Source of the DNA: Candidatus Latescibacterota bacterium
Lineage (GTDB): Bacteria > Latescibacterota > UBA2968
DNA: 64,000 bases
NCBI GenBank assembly: GCA_965116885.1
Contig: OZ220741.1
Location: 5,280,001-5,344,000 of the forward strand
Direction: 5' to 3'
Shown here: piece by piece, positions 61,343 through 64,000 of the stretch
How positions within the stretch are numbered: position 1 is the first letter of the stretch
Layout: every line of letters starts with the position of its first letter
The notes under the pieces: model-generated
What the model saw: the letters and a program-made list of their open reading frames with translations, nothing else
What the model was told of the DNA's origin: nothing
The model's database searches: none
Translations under genes and position numbers: made by a program

Positions 61343-62305
61343 ATGCAGGATTTGGAGAGTATTCTGCTCAATGCGATTAGCCGAGAAGGAGGCAAGACTG
61401 TCAACAGAGAAATCATTTGGTTTCCCAAGCCGTCAACCGATTTAAAGGATATGAGGGATAAGTTAAAGATCGCTATGATTCAGCAGCAAGCTCTCGGATT
61501 TTTTCGGGAAAATGACGTTGCAAACAAACTGGTCAACGCCGGTGCCCTGACCAGAGGTGTCTTATCTCCTCAAGATATTATTGACCAATACCAAGGGGAA
61601 ACAACGGCAAATCGGCCACAGATTAGTAGCTTCAGGATGCAAAACAGGATATTTCGTTTCTTTGGATGGACTGAGCGAGTAGTAGATCAAGCCAACGCAT
61701 ACCGAGTAACTCAACTCGGAGAGCAGATATCGAAATTCACTGGAGATTTTCCCGGTCAGATAGGTAATCTCAATGAGCGTAATCTCGTAATCGAATCATT
61801 GATGAACTTCTCATTTTTTTCAGTAAATGATGAACTCAGATACTGGGATGGACGGTTCAGACAACGACTTTTCCTCAATATAATTCGTATGGCTTCAATC
61901 TACGGCTACATTACCAACAATGAACTGGTCGTTACAGCATTTGCTTTGAAAGATGATCGGGACCAAACACAGATTGACGAAATAGTTGACAGGCTCTACC
62001 GTCTCCATAACGAAGAAGTCACAATGCCTGAAGCCTATGCAGAAGTTAGCATTGACCCATATAATAGATCCGCTGTAAAAAGCGCCTATGATAGCCCAAA
62101 GGTCGCCCTCTCTCTTTGCAGACAAGCCGGACTTCTCGAAGCCAAAAACATTACTAATAATAATCTCTCCAAATTCTACAAACAAATGCATCAACCACGC
62201 ACCCAACTTTCCACACCCCGAGTCGCCAATTGCATCACGCCATTGGGAAAGAAAGTTTTAGACAGTGAGATAACCAAAATTAGCGTTTGGTTTGATGAGT
62301 TATGA
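61343..62305 (+). CDS. Hypothetical protein resembling winged-helix DNA-recognition modules of type IIS (AlwI/FokI-like) endonucleases
   Basis: RIFRFFGW..YRVTQLG wing, LFLNIIRMASIYGYITNNEL helix, second ITPLG wing; no catalytic motif seen. Confidence 0.45.
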   Translation: MQDLESILLNAISREGGKTVNREIIWFPKPSTDLKDMRDKLKIAMIQQQALGFFRENDVANKLVNAGALTRGVLSPQDIIDQYQGETTANRPQISSFRMQNRIFRFFGWTERVVDQANAYRVTQLGEQISKFTGDFPGQIGNLNERNLVIESLMNFSFFSVNDELRYWDGRFRQRLFLNIIRMASIYGYITNNELVVTAFALKDDRDQTQIDEIVDRLYRLHNEEVTMPEAYAEVSIDPYNRSAVKSAYDSPKVALSLCRQAGLLEAKNITNNNLSKFYKQMHQPRTQLSTPRVANCITPLGKKVLDSEITKISVWFDEL

Positions 62306-63771
62306 TAAAAGAAAAAATACGCCGATGTGCATTGCTTCTTGCACTACAAGAAACAAATGAGGAAGGAATAGACTCCACCATTCTCGAAAAAGTTTTACCC
62401 GAATGGAGAGAGGACATAATAGCATTACAGAATGCTGAAATCTCCATCAACGTTGAGAATGGTATAGTATCTCTCGGCACACCTGTTGCTTTCACCCTTC
62501 ACCATTCTGTTCCTCCAGAAATCAGAAATCCTGTAAGGGACCTTCTTTATCGTATTATCGATGAGAAAGACGTTGTAAATCCAAATGAAATCAATGAATT
62601 TTTCTATCGCATCAATCCGCACTATTTGAACACCCTTCTTACATCTGACCAAAAAATAAAAAGCGAACCTCTGTACAAGACATCTGATTCATCAGCGCAA
62701 CCTACTCTGAAATGTATCCACTGCGCCGATGCTCCTTGCTATACATATGCAGAAGCAGATACATTCGGTTCAAGTGATAAATCCCCAACGCAAGTCTGTC
62801 CGGATAATCTGGTGAATAAGAAGACTGACGGTCACATATCCATTCAAGTAGAACGATGCACTGGTTGTATGCTCTGTATATTGCGCTGCCCCCTTAATGC
62901 TATCTCTTGGAAGAATGGTGTCGCCTCTAAACACGAGTATGAAGTAGATGAACCTGTTGAAAAACTCTACATTTTGCCTGAAACAAAGGCATCCCTTACA
63001 ATGGAGACATTTCAAATAATTCAGGAATTCGACCTGCCTCTTGCTTACTATGACGATATGAAGAATATACTGGACAATTTTGACAAAAAAGTTGGTCGTG
63101 TAAAATTCAATTGGAATAAAGATCAATACTATCCATTTATCCGGAATTGTTTTCGATTACTGGGACTCAATGCATTATATACAGGTTCTGGCGGGAAATT
63201 AAAACGCTCCGACATCACTATTGATGACCTATTTATGGTTGGTATTGAGGTGAAAAGTCCAGCAGAAGGCCGCATTTCTAAGGAAGCCGTGCGGCAAGCA
63301 TTTGATGCAAGTATTGAGGTGGTAAAGGACAACAAAGATGTCTATTGTGCTGCCATAGGACAAGAATTTACAAGAGGTGTACAAAAACACGCTGAGAGCT
63401 ACTACAAAAGGCACAGGATTTCAATTCCTTTAATCCCAGGTCGCTTTATTCTTTACCTTACTTTGAAACACCAGGATTTTCCGCAGAGTAAACAATACGA
63501 CCTTACCCGTCTTTTCTCACTTGTGGGTGAAGTCTGGACAGACAAGATTCAACAGTATTTTATCGAATACTTCGACATAAGAATAGCGGTACTAAAAAAA
63601 GGAGTGCCGCCTGATGAATTGATAGAAAATTGCCCTTACCAAATCAGGGAATTACTGATAGAAGGGAACTATGAGAGTGCAACGGTGCTATTAGAAGAGC
63701 AAAAAAGGGAAATTTTAGAAGAGATAGGGAGATGTTTTCCACCACCACGCCGCACTGCAAGAGGGCGTTAA
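62302..63771 (+). CDS. Putative restriction endonuclease: 2x[4Fe-4S] ferredoxin domain + PD-(D/E)xK nuclease domain
   Basis: CIHCADAPC..VCP and CTGCMLCILRCP; RSDITI..GIEVKSP..EAVRQA; ATGA overlap with the upstream gene. Confidence 0.65.
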   Translation: MIKEKIRRCALLLALQETNEEGIDSTILEKVLPEWREDIIALQNAEISINVENGIVSLGTPVAFTLHHSVPPEIRNPVRDLLYRIIDEKDVVNPNEINEFFYRINPHYLNTLLTSDQKIKSEPLYKTSDSSAQPTLKCIHCADAPCYTYAEADTFGSSDKSPTQVCPDNLVNKKTDGHISIQVERCTGCMLCILRCPLNAISWKNGVASKHEYEVDEPVEKLYILPETKASLTMETFQIIQEFDLPLAYYDDMKNILDNFDKKVGRVKFNWNKDQYYPFIRNCFRLLGLNALYTGSGGKLKRSDITIDDLFMVGIEVKSPAEGRISKEAVRQAFDASIEVVKDNKDVYCAAIGQEFTRGVQKHAESYYKRHRISIPLIPGRFILYLTLKHQDFPQSKQYDLTRLFSLVGEVWTDKIQQYFIEYFDIRIAVLKKGVPPDELIENCPYQIRELLIEGNYESATVLLEEQKREILEEIGRCFPPPRRTARGR

Positions 63772-63781
63772 AGAGTTCTGT

Positions 63782-64000
63782 TTATTGGGATGTAAGAGGA
63801 GTTGCTAGCGACAATTGCGGTTCCTTGGTTCTCCAATCCAAAATACGCTTTTGTGAAATCTCTATGTATTGCTCGTTTAATTCATAACCGATATACCGCC
63901 TGTTGTGTATTAGTGCCGCCAAACACTCTGTGCCGCTACCGGCGAAGGGTACGAGCACAACGTCATTTTCATTTGAAAAATGTTTAATGATACGTTCGGT
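63782..64000 (-). CDS. Site-specific DNA amino-methyltransferase (N4-C/N6-A, beta-class), C-terminal part; not in the ORF track
   Basis: Hand translation: TERIIKHFSNENDVVLVPFAGSGTECLAALIHNRRYIGYELNEQYIEISQKRI..SQ*; motif I FAGSGT and motif II YIGYE near the C-terminus. Confidence 0.88.
   Translation of the reverse strand, partial: TERIIKHFSNENDVVLVPFAGSGTECLAALIHNRRYIGYELNEQYIEISQKRILDWRTKEPQLSLATPLTSQ

Noticed and set aside
62302..63771. Respiratory ferredoxin / DmsB-like electron-transfer subunit
   Set aside because: Only a small central part is ferredoxin-like, no oxidoreductase partners are nearby, and the nuclease motif and adjacent MTase argue otherwise.
63802..63987. 61-aa plus-strand ORF
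   Set aside because: The opposite strand encodes a clear DNA methyltransferase C-terminus.

Overview
This is a 64-kb bacterial chromosome segment. A PorV-family gene suggests an FCB-superphylum-type organism, but that is only an inference. Housekeeping genes include the end of the dcw cluster (ftsQ'-ftsA-ftsZ), tgt-yajC-fmt, polA, an E. coli-type frdABCD operon and a tandem glnK-amtB duplication whose first glnK is frameshifted. Many sulfatase and sugar-acid catabolic genes are present (three CxPxR sulfatases, kdgK-eda-ROK, uxuA-like, heparinase-like, DUF2961, GH13). One complete IS200/IS605 element (tnpA+tnpB) has both ends readable. There are two defence-like islands, at about 27.7-32.2 kb and 59.4-64 kb. 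Three highlights are not evident from the ORF track. (1) A candidate restriction-modification system at the right end: a winged-helix recognition-like protein, a translationally coupled PD-(D/E)xK nuclease with an internal 2x[4Fe-4S] ferredoxin domain, and a convergent amino-methyltransferase read by hand off the minus strand. An ABC-ATPase/PIN pair lies just upstream. (2) Two Trp-codon leader-peptide attenuators in tandem, upstream of a trpS that lacks its KMSKS loop through an in-frame deletion. (3) A probable ATT start codon for tgt. No rRNA, tRNA or CRISPR array was recognised. All family calls come from motif recognition, with no database search.
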